A stretch of DNA of 63,486 nt, filler included, from Phoronis australis (GCA_002633005.1; 7 parts of 7 records of this genome joined end to end with filler, not necessarily neighbours in it); one strand, 5' to 3'; counted from the whole stretch's first letter, positions 25,140 to 37,734 are shown. Numbers and translations: made by a program. The notes: generated from the sequence alone by a model not told the origin.

Positions 25140-25591
25140 TATCGTTGGCCAAATGGGTGAACATTAGGCCGTTAAAATACGGACGTAAGATAATTCTTGT
25201 TGGAAACGTAAAGTAATTATTTGCGGCGTAAAGCAATTAATTGCGGCGTGAAGAAATTATTTGTGGCGTAAAGTTACTATTTGCGACGCAAGAACATTAT
25301 TTGTGGCATAAAGTAATTATTTGCAGCGTCAAGGAACTTTTTACAGCTTAAAGTAACTTTGTAGGCTGTAAAGTAATTATTTGCTACATAAAGTAACTTT
25401 AAGCTTCGCAAATAATCACTTTACGCCGTAAATAATTACTACGCCACAAATGATTACTTTACGATGATAGCAATTACTTTACACCATAAATAACTTCTTT
25501 GCACCGCAAAATAATTACTTTACACCTCTAACCAGAATTGACTTACGCACGTAATTTAACGACATAACATCCACCCTATTGGCAAACGATA
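25140..25591. mobile_element. Foldback element with inverted arrays of a ~21-bp subrepeat
   Basis: TIR TATCGTTGGCCAAATGGGTG / CACCCTATTGGCAAACGATA. The internal (CGTAAAGTAATTATTTGCGG)n array flips orientation near 25400. Confidence 0.85.
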
Positions 25592-26334
25592 ATATCAACG
25601 ATAATAGAGTAGCAACCATGCATGTTCAGTGTCAATCAATGACGTAAAGCTTCTTCTAATCGTCTGCACGACCCAGTCATCTACCCAAACACCTCTCGGG
25701 CAAAGTTGGGCACTGTGCCCGGGGAGGGACCGATGATTACGTGAAGCACTTTGAATCAGAAACAAATTCAAAATTACTACTAACTTAGTCATCATTGTAG
25801 TTAGTAGTACCAGTAGCGGCTGTTGTTGTTGTTGTTGTCCAGCTATATACTGTTTTTAAAGGATAGGCTGGAGTTAGACCTTTTCTGCGGGGGTGGTTCG
25901 CTTGAACCCCCAGGACCCAACCCGGCCATGGGCCTGTTGATGGTCTGTTTACTACAAATCTAGGATCCTATTCAGGTCAACTAGTTTCGATTCTGTCGCT
26001 GTTGTAGTGTACTTTATGGTAATTATTTTATAATAAACGGTAGTTGCTTTGAAGTATAATTTAATACGTTTCTTTTGTGAACTTTAAACGCACGCTTATA
26101 TACAATTCCAATGGTTTAAGTTGTGTTGAGTCATTTCACAAAACAACAGTCTTTGCCTACGCCTTTGAAACTGACCCTGAACAAGGCCACCTACATAACA
26201 TTTCATAAAAATCAATTAAACTTTGGCTTTTCAGAAATTCTTATTTTGAGGTGGTATCTTGCGATCTAAGGCCTAACAGCAATCCTTGATTAATAGAAAT
26301 TTATTGCACACTTTTGCGAATTCATGTCATCCTT

Positions 26335-29220
26335 TGCTGGGTAACAGTCTTGCAGTGTGTATTCGGACCGACAGTCTACACAGCCCGGTAGAGCTAGTCC
26401 TGATACCCGAGCAACCCTATACGACACACTAGTCTTGCGGTTGAATATCTGTAGATTTTCGGTCTATGTACATCCTGTTAGTCCTAGTTTCGACTACTCA
26501 CTACAAGGCTACCTGTGTAGTCTTGTGGTTGTATACATGCTGACAGTGTTTGTCTGGGTATACTTATCCAAATTGGTGATTTGTATTAATGTTAGCAGAC
26601 GACTCGACAGGGGTCGCACAAACGTATGTGCCACAACAATAACAAACTTACTAATAACTGGCGCAATATTCTCTTCCTTTTCTCCTTACTCAATGACTGG
26701 AAGGATAGAAAGAAATTCACTTGCATAGGAATAATCGTGTGTAAAACTTAAGATACAATTATTAAACAAGAGTCTGGATTTACTAAGAATTTAGAGTCCG
26801 CCAAGTAAAAGTTACTCTTAGAGTACACTAAGGAAGATCAACATCATAGTCATTTAAGTATGAAGGTGGCCGTCGAACACGTTTTGGTCTGGTGCTGACG
26901 CAGGTCGGTTCTGCCAGTGGAGTGGAATGGGAATCATCGACTGCAGACTGGGCAATCTCCAGGTTTGTGGGTTGAGGGTGAATTGGTTCTGCATGTAACT
27001 CATGGTGTTTGTCGTCATCTAATCTGTCGTTATCAAATGGGCGTACTAACTCCATAGGAGACTCAGGGGAGTCTGGTGGCTCCAGGTCATCCATGTAGTC
27101 AACGTAAGTCTTACCTGGAGGAGGAACAACAGATGTCTGCGACGGCACGCGGAAACAGTCGGAAAGTTTAACCTTGTAGGCTGTCGCTCTTAGTTGGGAA
27201 CCAATAAATTTACGAATAAAGCACCACTTTCCAACAATGCTGGTAACCAGGTAAGGATCTCGAATCCGAGACTTGGTACCATCGACATACAAGTAAACAA
27301 GCTCACCGAGATGGATAGGCGAAGTATGGGCATTGACAGAATCTTTTTTCTGACACCTTGTACTATAGCCATGGTTAACCTCTCGCTCACGATGTTTCTC
27401 CAAGATATAATCCCTATCAACTTCAGGAATTTGGTCGTGGGCGAACTGACAGCGTTGGGTCCACAATTCACGAGATGAGAGACCCTGACTACGGATGCTA
27501 TAGTTAAGACGAGCAGTAGCGATGCTGAGACCAAGATCACTGGCAAGACCTCCTTCAGGTTCGAGCCGCAACAGTTCTTGTTCTAACTCAGCGACAGCCT
27601 TCTTGGCAACGGGGTTCTTGTTTGGGTTCTTCACTCTTCCAACTTCAATGGAAAGACCGAGGAGGTTGAGACGCTGGTCCCCTTGTAAAGACACAAAAGC
27701 AGGAGCGGAATCATCACATATGACCGCGTTAGGTCCGCCGATAGGGTGTAGATTAAGAGCTAATCTAGCCAGGCCATCGCGAAGACTGTTTCGCTTCTCG
27801 TCGGGCAAGTGGCTGTGTAGGAAGTTATACACTCCCTTAGAACTAAGATGTTTTGACGTGAACGTTTTATAATATCTGCAGCAAATGACAGACGGGAGGG
27901 AAGCCCTTGTAGTGCTGTGCAAGAATGACAAGACTTGGTCACGGAACGTATGGCTTCTGACAAATCAGGTGCATAAAATTGACGTTTCATCATCATACAC
28001 AACTGGTGCGCGGAAGGATGATCAAGTTTGATGTGAAGAGCAGTGATCAAACCGTCAAGTGCAGAAGGTGCACTACAATCAGCTCAGAGCTGGGAAGGAG
28101 TGGTTGGTTATTCTTAACCACCAAAAGACCATCGCGCGATATGGTGACAACATTCAAGTAACACTTGACGTCTCTCAAATTCGTAAGTTTTTTGGAAGGT
28201 CTTGTACCTTGCTTCAAGTGGGAGTGAACACGACGCAGGTCAGGGAATTCAGATTGAGTACTCAACCAAGCCGATTACTCAGATTACTCAGAATATCTTG
28301 GACAGAAACCTGACGAACAACTGAGTCTTCTGTGAGGGCGATGAAGCTGCAAATCTGAAACCGAGGTTCGTAGCATGGTGGGGCGTTTCTACTGGCAAAG
28401 TCGGACGGAAGGTTAGCAGTGCCGGCGAGGTGTCTAACGGAAACCTGGAATCTGCTTACTGTGGACAAAAATGAAGTTACTCTTGGACTTGCAGAGAACT
28501 CGCCTCGGGAAAGCTTGTCGTTAGCTTGAACACAGGGCTTACTATCAGTCAAGACGCAGGCTTTGTGGAATGACTGTACAATGTAAGGACTGACACGTTT
28601 GATGGCGGCTGCGATGCTGAGAGGTAACTATGTAACTTGGTGTTGTCGTAACTTGGCACTGAAGAAACCGGCGAGCAGAATCTTGTTACCACGTGACAAA
28701 TAAAAGGTAGCGCCAATACCCTGCTTAGAGACTGAACCATCTGTCACTATCCATAGATGGTCATCGGGTCGAGGTAAGGTGATTGACATGCTATGGGAGA
28801 CAGCTGTTTTGGCAGCACTGAAGTGTTGATGTAGTTCATCGGACCAATTCACCTTATCACAGGAGTCTAAACCAGCGATTACTCTATCTAGGGGAGCTAA
28901 AAGCTGGGAGTAATGAGGAAGGACGCGGCCTAGCATTTTATAGGCACCAATGAAGGATTTCATCTGCTTCACAGTGACAGGGGCTCCTGCATGGCTAGGG
29001 TAACCATTCGGTGTGGGCTAGCTGAGAGTCGTCCCTGTGTCCATATCCAACCAAGTATGGTCGTCGACTTAGGGCAAATAATGGTTTTTGAGGCAGACAA
29101 CTTGTGGTTACACGCGTGCGAGGCATGGAGAACTCGTTTCCAGTTAGATGCATGTTCCTCTGGGGACTCGCCGCCACAACAGATGTCATCGCCAAGTTTG
29201 ACTAATATGCCCTCCTGAAG
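26335..29220 (-). mobile_element. Ty3/Gypsy remnant: RT C-half, RNase H, integrase, PPT and probable 3' LTR (~26335-26668)
   Basis: [54 protein letters not shown] and KNPNKNPVAKKAVAELE. The purine tract GGAGAAAAGGAAGAGAA precedes an LTR-like stretch ending ..CCCAGCA. Confidence 0.9.
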
Positions 29221-29224
29221 GAAA

Positions 29225-29876
29225 TATAGGGGCTACAATACTTCCATTCGCTTTCTGTACGCATTTCGTTGAATGTATTTTAAACGAACGGTAACTCAAA
29301 TCCGGTCACCGATTTTTAGTTTTCACCTCGTCAAAAATACATCCCACACTTAAAACTATATCACTTAAAAAAACACTTACTTTCCTCATTGGTCCGTTTT
29401 ACTTCCATGCATACTTTCGATGAAGTTTAGTTGTGAGAATTAAGGTGACTTTGGCGAGAAATTCCAACTCCACGTTTTCACCACGCGTGCGATAACCCCA
29501 GTAGGTCAACTGAGTCACGTGAGTTAGGCAAAGGCCAGCGCGAGACTGAGCGCCAAAGCGCGTGACACTAACGCGTGACACTTGCAAAATAGCATGAGAA
29601 GGTATCAGTTGAAATTTGTAAGATATGTGTCCCTTGGACTTTTTATTCGTCAACATGCGTGATTTCACTTTCTCAAAATGGAACCCGGTAAGAGAAACTC
29701 GAGCAAACCGCCACAGATTTTCATCGATTTGTTCAAGTTTTGCTGACTAAATTGTATCCAGAGTCATGGTATGTGTTAATTAAAACTCCATGTTCCTATA
29801 TGTATGGTTCATTTGACTTTATTTGCTGTATTTTGAAATGAGTAACTTTTTGTGGGGATGTACTATCGCCCCTGTA
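29225..29876. mobile_element. Tc1/mariner-type non-autonomous element
   Basis: TA-flanked imperfect TIR: TATAGGGGCTACAATACTTCC versus reverse complement TACAGGGGCGATAGTACATCC. Confidence 0.5.
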
Positions 29877-30633
29877 TGCCTTCGGCATCCAAGGCGATGT
29901 AATTGTCTAGTTCTCGACATGTTTTTCTTCCATCAGTTGGTTCGTGTGCATTATGGGTAATCACTCCACTGGAAGGGCTGCATAAATAATGAGGCATCGC
30001 TGAAAGTCCGCCCATTTTTTATGAATTTTAAAATAATTATAGTAAAACAACGGAAGTAAATACGTGGTTGTAATTTAGGAAAAGTATTAATTTCAGCAAT
30101 ATCTTCCGGCTGAAAAAACTCATTCTGTGTTCTAAATAGGTGAAAGAAAATAGTATATTTCAGAGCTAAGTTAGCACTTTTCACAGCTACAGCCTGTACG
30201 TTTGAATTTTTAAAACTTTAACTAATTTTTCTATAGACCTTACATCTCTGACATAGCACTCTCTAAAGATTGTGAGAACTCTTGAACAGCGCACGAGACA
30301 AAACGAGTTCCTCGTGAGATGCTAATTTAAATTTCTTTGCCCGATATTTCTGTTTGTACTTTAGTTACCTGATTTTTTCCCAAAATTCCCCATCTTCACT
30401 GTGCTCACACTATGGTCAGCAACATACTTACCAGGCAGTCACAATGGGTCCTCTCTCCCCTGGTCCTCAACCTTCTCCACATAGTCATCAGTTTCGGATC
30501 CCCCGCGCCCTCAAAACGACATACATCATCAACATCCAAATCGTCTCAACGCCGAAATATGACGAGATTAAATGTTTTCGTTTTCGTTCGTATCTGTATA
30601 ATTGCTCTTCGTAATCTCTAATTCTGTCGCCAG

Positions 30634-30890
30634 GTGGCCACTGCTACCAACCGCCCAATAGTGGACCGACGAAGTGCACGAAGCCACCTATTGATTCGCT
30701 TCAACCGAACTTCGATTTGAAATACTTGACTGGGAATTTCTATAATATCTTCGGTCTAAACAGACTGTACGAGTGCGAAAACCACACGCACCAAACTTTC
30801 GTGCGAAAATATGATAACACCCTGGTGGCGGTTGAATGGTACGATCTCACCATGCTTAACGGAAGCGTGCACAACTTTGCCGACGAAATG
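30634..30890 (+). CDS. VDE-like lipocalin gene, exon 2
   Basis: CTAAT branch-like site and CCAG acceptor. Phase 1 joins exon 1 and reads RGHCYQPP...PNFDLKYLTGNFYNIFGLNRLYECENHTHQTF...DNTLVAVEW...DEM. GTTAGT donor, phase 0. Confidence 0.9.
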
Positions 30891-31285
30891 GTTAGTGACA
30901 CGGTCGTGCTGTGATTGATCACCTGTTGCTGTTAATCATGACGTCAACGACGACTATGACGCCGAAGATAACGAGTACGACGTGGACTTAGGAATGTTTT
31001 GTAAACAACTCTTATTGTCCACTACACATCTACAATTATGTTTTAATACGATATCATCTATTTACTTAAATTACCAACGTTCTATTCCAACACTCAATTC
31101 ACAATTTATTGAAGTTTTGCTTTCGTTTAACTGAACATTGCTATTTTAAGTTGATCACGATTTTATTTTTGAAAGTACCATAACACGGTAAATTATAATG
31201 AATAGATTAATAAGTAAGTAATGTTTCACAGTTGGCCATCTCGTTGTCCGTGTATTTGTTGTTTTTGTTGATTGTGGACGTTGTG

Positions 31286-31707
31286 GTGTTGAAATGTCCT
31301 TAACCAACGCGTAGTTTTACTTAATCAACGCGCTGAATTACTTATTTGTTGTGTCCAATTACAAGTTTACACTCAGTACATAACGGCGCCATCATTTACG
31401 TGGTCACTTGATAGGAATCTGCAACATACCCGATACTTCAAAAGTTGCCTTGCACCAGAAGGTATTACCAATGTAGAATGTCTTCCGTCATTTTGAGATT
31501 TGAGAGCACGGGCGTGATTGGGCTATATGAACTGATTAAAGGTACGCTGTGAATAAGCAATAGAGCGCGTTGATTAAGTAAAACTACGCGTTGATTAAGC
31601 ACTGAAAGTGCACGTTGAATAAGAGCAAAACTAATTCAACGCGCTGATTAAGCAAAACAACGTGTTCGTTAAGCAAAATCACGCGTTGAATAAGCACATT
31701 TCAACGC
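31286..31707. mobile_element. Foldback MITE with ACGCGTTGATTAAG subrepeats (intron 2 of the VDE-like gene)
   Basis: Termini GTTGAAATGTCCTTAACCAACGCG / CGCGTTGAATAAGCACATTTCAAC, plus an internal inverted match. Confidence 0.75.
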
Positions 31708-31889
31708 GCAGAAAGGTGCTCGTTTAAAAAGTTACACTTGGCGCTTTATAATCACTCGTCTCGTTGCTGTCGTTCAATAGTGTATGCCTACTTGATGTCA
31801 TGCAACAATCACACTTGTCCACAGCCCCCTTGTGAATCATTGCAAACTTGTAAAAGTTAATTGGAAACAATCGGAAATTTCCCATTCAG

Positions 31890-32038
31890 GAATATTCTAA
31901 TGCTGGCACCGAATCTCCATCCGTACTCAACTTACACACCGTCGGATCCGGATGGATTAGACACGATGAGTTCAGAGTAATGTCCTTTGGGGACAACTAC
32001 GTCTTCTTGTACTACTGTGGAGCAGCAGTTGGCATCAC
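31890..32038 (+). CDS. VDE-like lipocalin gene, exon 3 (not in ORF track)
   Basis: TTTCCCATTCAG acceptor, phase 0. Reads EYSNAGTESPSVLNLHTVGSGWIRHDEFRVMSFGDNYVFLYYCGAAVGI. GTGAGC donor, phase 2. Confidence 0.9.
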
Positions 32039-32325
32039 GTGAGCACTTCCACTTCCGTTTTGCATTGTGATTTACTTTAAGCATTTTCTTGGTTTAATCT
32101 GTCATGGGATCAACACTTGATATAGAATTTCGAATACAGTACGATGTTGCCGTGCATTAATAGGAAATCAGAATTCAGTTTTTCCTACCCAGTCTGTGAA
32201 TTGCTAACCCATATTGGGTGCACCGTGTAGGCTTACTTGTGAACCTGCGAGGTCCCCGGCCACTTTTTTCTTAATGTGGCCCACTCCTGTCTTGTAAGCC
32301 ATCTTAACATGTGTTTGCCTTACAG

Positions 32326-32464
32326 GTATGAAGGTGCTATTGTGCTCTCGCGCACACCTACAATCTCGGAGGCCGATAAACAGGCCGCCATAAAGGAAGC
32401 AGCAAAGCGAGGTTGGGATCTCGAGAAGGACTTCTGTCAGCCCAAGCAAGATATTGATGAATAA
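32326..32464 (+). CDS. VDE-like lipocalin gene, exon 4 (terminal)
   Basis: TTGCCTTACAG acceptor, phase 2. Reads YEGAIVLSRTPTISEADKQAAIKEAAKRGWDLEKDFCQPKQDIDE-stop; VLSR is lipocalin SCR3-like. Confidence 0.9.
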
Positions 32465-32619
32465 GAAATCATGAATAGTTATGACAATGTGTTAAAGATT
32501 GAAAACACTCGTGAGATGAATGCCTTCCACGGAAGAGGGTCAGTTTTACAAAATCCATAATCGTCGACATGTAGCTGTTCAAAAGTCACGCCAATGCTGC
32601 GGCTATGAAGCTTAGCATA

Positions 32620-32625
32620 AATAAA
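32620..32625 (+). promoter_or_regulatory. Polyadenylation signal of the VDE-like gene
   Basis: AATAAA lies ~155 nt after the stop and is followed by T/GT-rich sequence. Confidence 0.6.
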
Positions 32626-33519
32626 AAGCATTTTTGTGTGACACTCTGATGGTTGTACTTGTTAGTAATAGCAAATTGCTCTCGACTCTTCAACAGTGGC
32701 ACGATATAGGGTATAGTGAAAACGCGCATTTTAAAATGTGTCGATTATTGAGGGTGAAATCGACACATTTCGTTTCGCGACCAAAAAGGCGCTAGTAGGT
32801 CCTGGCGTTACTGAACGCGCGCCTGGATGTCCGTTGGTCACAAAATTTATGATTTTGTTAATTCGTTTCATTTTACGGAGACCACCGTAACCTACTTTTT
32901 TAAATTGAACACTAAACATAAAGTAAGTGTCAGACAATGACAATCTAGCCGAAAAGATGGTAATTATGGGGTGCAAGTAAAACAAAGTTCTATTCATTCA
33001 CCTAAAAATATTTTTTACCGGTCAATTTACTTTATTTACATTTCGATCAATTTTAGTTTTAAAGTTAATGGAAGGATAGAAAACAGCGTACTAAGAGTGT
33101 GAGGCTAATAAACAGAAATTCTGAAATAAATTCACTGGAACGTCATTTGTTGTGACGAAAAGGAACAACGGCCGGTGTAGACCCATGGGCTTGTGCTCGG
33201 ATACTCAAACCTCCAGTATCCCTTACTATTGTTCACATGGCGTTTTTGGTGCTCTGTTGCAAAAGTGCTAGCAAAAACGCTAGCGTTTTAATTAGCATGT
33301 GAACCGGGTAATAGAAACGGAATTGTAATTCCTATAGTTTACGGAACTGTCCATTTGCGCCTGCTGGATTGGTTGGCATTTCAAGTTCTGTGCTACATGT
33401 GAAGGCTACGAATAGCATTTGCTTGATTTTTAATCTGTTCTGAGTGAAAGATTGTCAGCTGTAGACCCCTTGACCCAATTTTTGCTCAGCCGTAGCTTTT
33501 CTTGTAAACCTGACTGTTT

Positions 33520-34210
33520 GCAAGCAGGGAGTGTGACACAGAACATTTCTCGTAGGGTTTGGTTATCAAAACACACGTCAATGGACTCGTCATCCTTTTT
33601 TCACTCTGTTAAAAACTGTATGCAAAGAACGAAAAGTTTCGAGTCATTTCATATTACAAGCCATGCAGATGAGCACAGAAACTTTATTCTTTCTTGCATT
33701 TTTTACATTTTTACTCCTACTCAAAGCAAGGTAGAATACAAAAGGGACAAAGACGCAAGATTGGCACTTTTCATCCCAGATTCACCACTTTCCTGCCGAT
33801 GCTCGACTAAAGCCAACAATAGATTCTGAAAGCAAATTTGCTACCGATTCCAAATTTAAATGTGGTCCAAAAGTACTGTCAACCAACTATAGTTTTTTTT
33901 TTGCAAATCTGGTTTGTTTGAAGGCTACCTGAAATCGCAGCCAATTTCTCAGTCACTACCCCGGCAGCAATGCAAAATGTTATTGCAAAAGAGGGCCGCC
34001 ATCTTGCAGAAGAGTGCAGCTGCAGCCGACCAGTAGATCTATTTCATTCTCAACCTGTTCACAAATACAAACAAACCACACTCACTTAGCCTACGTATGC
34101 CCCAAGCCTGGGTTACCCCTAGATTTAAATATTTTTGGCCTGCAAATTGACCGCGGATACTGTTCAGTGCCACCTGAAGTTGAAATTTAGCAGAAAATTC
34201 AAGTACCCTT
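33520..34210. repeat. Dispersed repeat family A, copy 3
   Basis: Longest copy; ends in AATTCAAGTACCCTT, as does copy 2. Confidence 0.8.
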
Positions 34211-35289
34211 TGGGCCATTTTTTCACGGTGTTGTCAAGCTAACCAATGACTACCGAGGATACATCAACGAATGCTAAAGTGCGTGCCACTGTGTGATACC
34301 TGCGTGTTGGCTGGGCTAAGCACGCAGGGAACCAGCGAGCTATACTCGCAAGCCAGACAGCGCGTGACACACGGTCCGCCATATTGATGATGAGCGATGT
34401 GTAAGCACGGTGGCCTTATGGAAGACGGGGAATTTTCAGAATAAAATTTGAAATTTTAAATACTACACTTTTGACCCACGCATTACTTAAACGGTCATAT
34501 AAGCCATTGCAAAATCATTTTGGCTGAAATTCTCACGGAGTGCTGCTAGGACCTGGGAGGTTTTGCCGGCTCAGTTAAAAAGACAATCACTGAAATGTAT
34601 ATAGTTTAGAAAATGGTATTTTACGGTGATTAACCTTTTTCGTCGTTACAATCGTATAGTACCTATTTTTCAGTTGTTTATAAGCCGATCAGCTGCCGCT
34701 CTGTAACGCGCCATTACATCACTGCATTCCCAAAGTTTATAGTATGAGTATAAAAATTTCTAGACCCAACGCCCCTTGATTTATTCTAACAAAAAGATTT
34801 GAGGCATGCGTTCGAGTGAAACTCTTGAACACTAAGTAGAAAAAAATTAATAGAAACCCATGAAAATCGATGAGCATACAAACAGCTGTATGCAAGCATG
34901 TAAAGTCGTGTCATTGTATGCAACAATGATTGACCAATGGAATTGTACATGTTTGTGTGCATGTGCATATTCGGAATTTAGGGCATAGGCCAGTTTGAAT
35001 AAAACCTGGAAGAAACTTTGCAAAACGATAAAATTATAGAAACTGATATGTTAACATTAAGTTTTTAAATGAAAAAAGAAGATTGCACGCCACCAAAAAC
35101 ACCCTGTACTGGTTGGTAAGACACACACATGTACATCGGTTAGCCGCGTGTGCCTGTGAACACCACTGCTTGGGCGACCGAAGCCGGAGGTCGAAGTATG
35201 CATTTGCCCAGACCCAATTTCCCGAAATGTGATTGAAATTGTCTACTTCAGGTTATACCAAGGAATGATAATTACATCAATACGCAGAC

Positions 35290-35453
35290 CAGGGGGTTGA
35301 TCCAGGATTTTTAGTTAGGGGGGGGCAGGACGGAATAGTAGCCAAGATTTTGCCAGTCAGACATTCGCACCCGAGAACTGCCAAATGGAATCTGGGAGAT
35401 TTTTGGGGGGTGCATGGACCCCTTGGCCCCCCTCCCCTCTAAATCAGCCACTG
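35290..35453. mobile_element. MITE with 5-bp TSD (CAGAC)
   Basis: CAGAC|CAGGGGGTTGAT...ATCAGCCACTG|CAGAC. Confidence 0.75.
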
Positions 35454-36213
35454 CAGACGTTTCTTTCAAAAAATAAAACGCATGTAAGGGCCCTGAGGTG
35501 TCTCAAGGAAATTACTTCAGGGATACGCTACTTCTCTTTATCTATCTAGTATTACTTGTCCTAGTACCTAATTCATCTTAACGTCTACAGTTTGAAACGA
35601 CATGGTCTCACATTTCAAACAGTTGTGTCATAGACTGTGTTGTAAAACAAACGCCGCGCAAATAGAGTTTTAAAAAGGCGTTAATTAATTTTTACCAATA
35701 TTAATTTTTACACCAATCAATGTACCCCTTTTATCCGACCATGATGTGTGAAATCGCAGATTTTTTTTCTGTCAATAACAAGCACACTTCCATCTGATTG
35801 CCATCCAGAACGAGAAGGACAACAAAAAGATCGCACAGAAACAACACATTGAGATACTGTAACCATTTCAAACAATAAAGTGATTTATTTCAAAACATCT
35901 TTATTTCAAAATATCCCCATCACGCAGTAAAATCACACTGTGAGAGTTAAAGGGAAATGTCTAGCTGTTACAAACTTACTGTACCATACTGGTACATGCA
36001 CTCCACTTCAGCAAAAGTAAGATTTCAACCAACTCTAATTTAAACCCTCAACTCAATTGGATCCGAAATTTACTGGCACACAGTTATGTTACTGGTACAT
36101 TTTTATTGACAACACCCCGCCCCAAAATAAATATGACTAAAACCTAATGGTCATAAACTCTATCTGCATTGTCCTACACATATGGTCATAAACTCTAACT
36201 GCCCTGTCCTACA

Positions 36214-36322
36214 CATGCGCCATCCAGGGGGGTTCGGGGGCTCCTTCCGCTTTTTTGTTAGTAAAAGTTCCACATCGTCAGAAATTCGAGCCCTCATATT
36301 AAACGCTGGGTGCGCGCGCATG
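36214..36322. mobile_element. MITE with 5-bp TSD (CTACA)
   Basis: CTACA|CATGCGC...GCGCATG|CTACA. Confidence 0.75.
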
Positions 36323-37734
36323 CTACATACCCAGACATTAAAACACTGTAAGTATCAGAAGACCCGTTAACAGGACAGAATATAAAAGTGATGGTTTTCC
36401 TAAAGTAAGACAGTTGCAGATTTTAATAACTTGCCAGGCTACATAACATTTACATTTGCCCCATCTCTTGAAATATACAGAAACAACCGATCTACCGTCC
36501 CAATACAACATTGTGGGGTGTAGTATTCTTGGGGTATCCCTTCCTTCGATCCTGCCCTATCCCTAATAACCTTAGTGGCTATATTAATAAATCTTCGAAT
36601 TGGTGTCCACTCTGTAAAAATGTTCAACTAATCTTGTAGTCACATTTTGTGTTTCTTCCGTTGCTAGAAAACAACAGATATCTTGGTCACTAAACCCTTA
36701 AAGACATATCGAACTAAGAAGGAAAGACCATGAAACATCGACTTAAGTTGGTGTTCTAGGAACCAAATGAACTTGAACAATATTGTTTCTGCGATCGGAT
36801 TCTTACCCACAAAATCATTTTATTTCAGTTTCAATTTTTAAACCTCAAAAGACAAAAATTATATCATTGATTCTGGGTCTAATCTATATACTCGAAATCA
36901 AACTTTATTTTTGATGTTTTCTGCCATAACTAAAGACTAGTGCTAAGACTCTTTTTAAAATTCTGTGCTCAAGTATGCAATGATTTTCTTGGATGCTTTT
37001 CTAAAAATCCTAGTTTGCACTTGATGATCCTAACATTAAAGCTATGAGTTTTTACTTAGAAATCCCTCCTAGATTCTACACAGTACACACGCATCTCTAA
37101 CATGGTTCATCAGCAAGAAAGCGGACCGCTGGCGCTCAACGGAAAACTAAGTGACGTCAACTCAATATTTATCCCATTTCCAGTGAGGTATTCAGGTGTG
37201 GTTCAATTAATAATGTGATATTTTCCATCCTTTACGGAGATGAGTTAGTGCATTAAAACCTATTTTACACAGTAAGTCACTGAACTGTAGGGCCTATTGT
37301 TATTTGTTACTCATGGTCAAATATGCATTGAATGCTGGCTTTGCTGCATATGGAAACGCCGTCGGCAACTATAATCGCGATCAAGGCAATATTTCTCGCT
37401 GTTGTAAAGTACTGAAAAACTTCGTGCGGCGTTAGACTAGTCCTGTGCTCATTTTCATTATTGCTTATAATAAATCATAAAGATTTTCGCTTTAAGCACG
37501 GGCAGGCAGAGTACGGTTCGCCCTTTGTAATTGCTTTAAATTACTCCCGCGCCAATGTCATGTGACTAGCTGTTATTGACACGAATCATGTGACTGCTAT
37601 AACCTATTTATTCGATAACCTAGTTATTCGACTTGGCCTTCGCAGCTAACTACATACATGTATACAATAATAACCGAATGCAGCGTCATACGGTGCACCG
37701 CCGCTTGTTATGAAACTCTCTTATGAAACGAGAT

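Noticed and set aside
25205-25525. Regular ~21-bp repeats resembling a CRISPR array
   Set aside because: The units are contiguous with no unique spacers and invert midway within TIRs. This is a foldback element in a eukaryotic context.
30412-30621. Alternative first exon/ORF MVSNILTRQ...
   Set aside because: It stops before the acceptor and has no convincing donor or recognisable motif.
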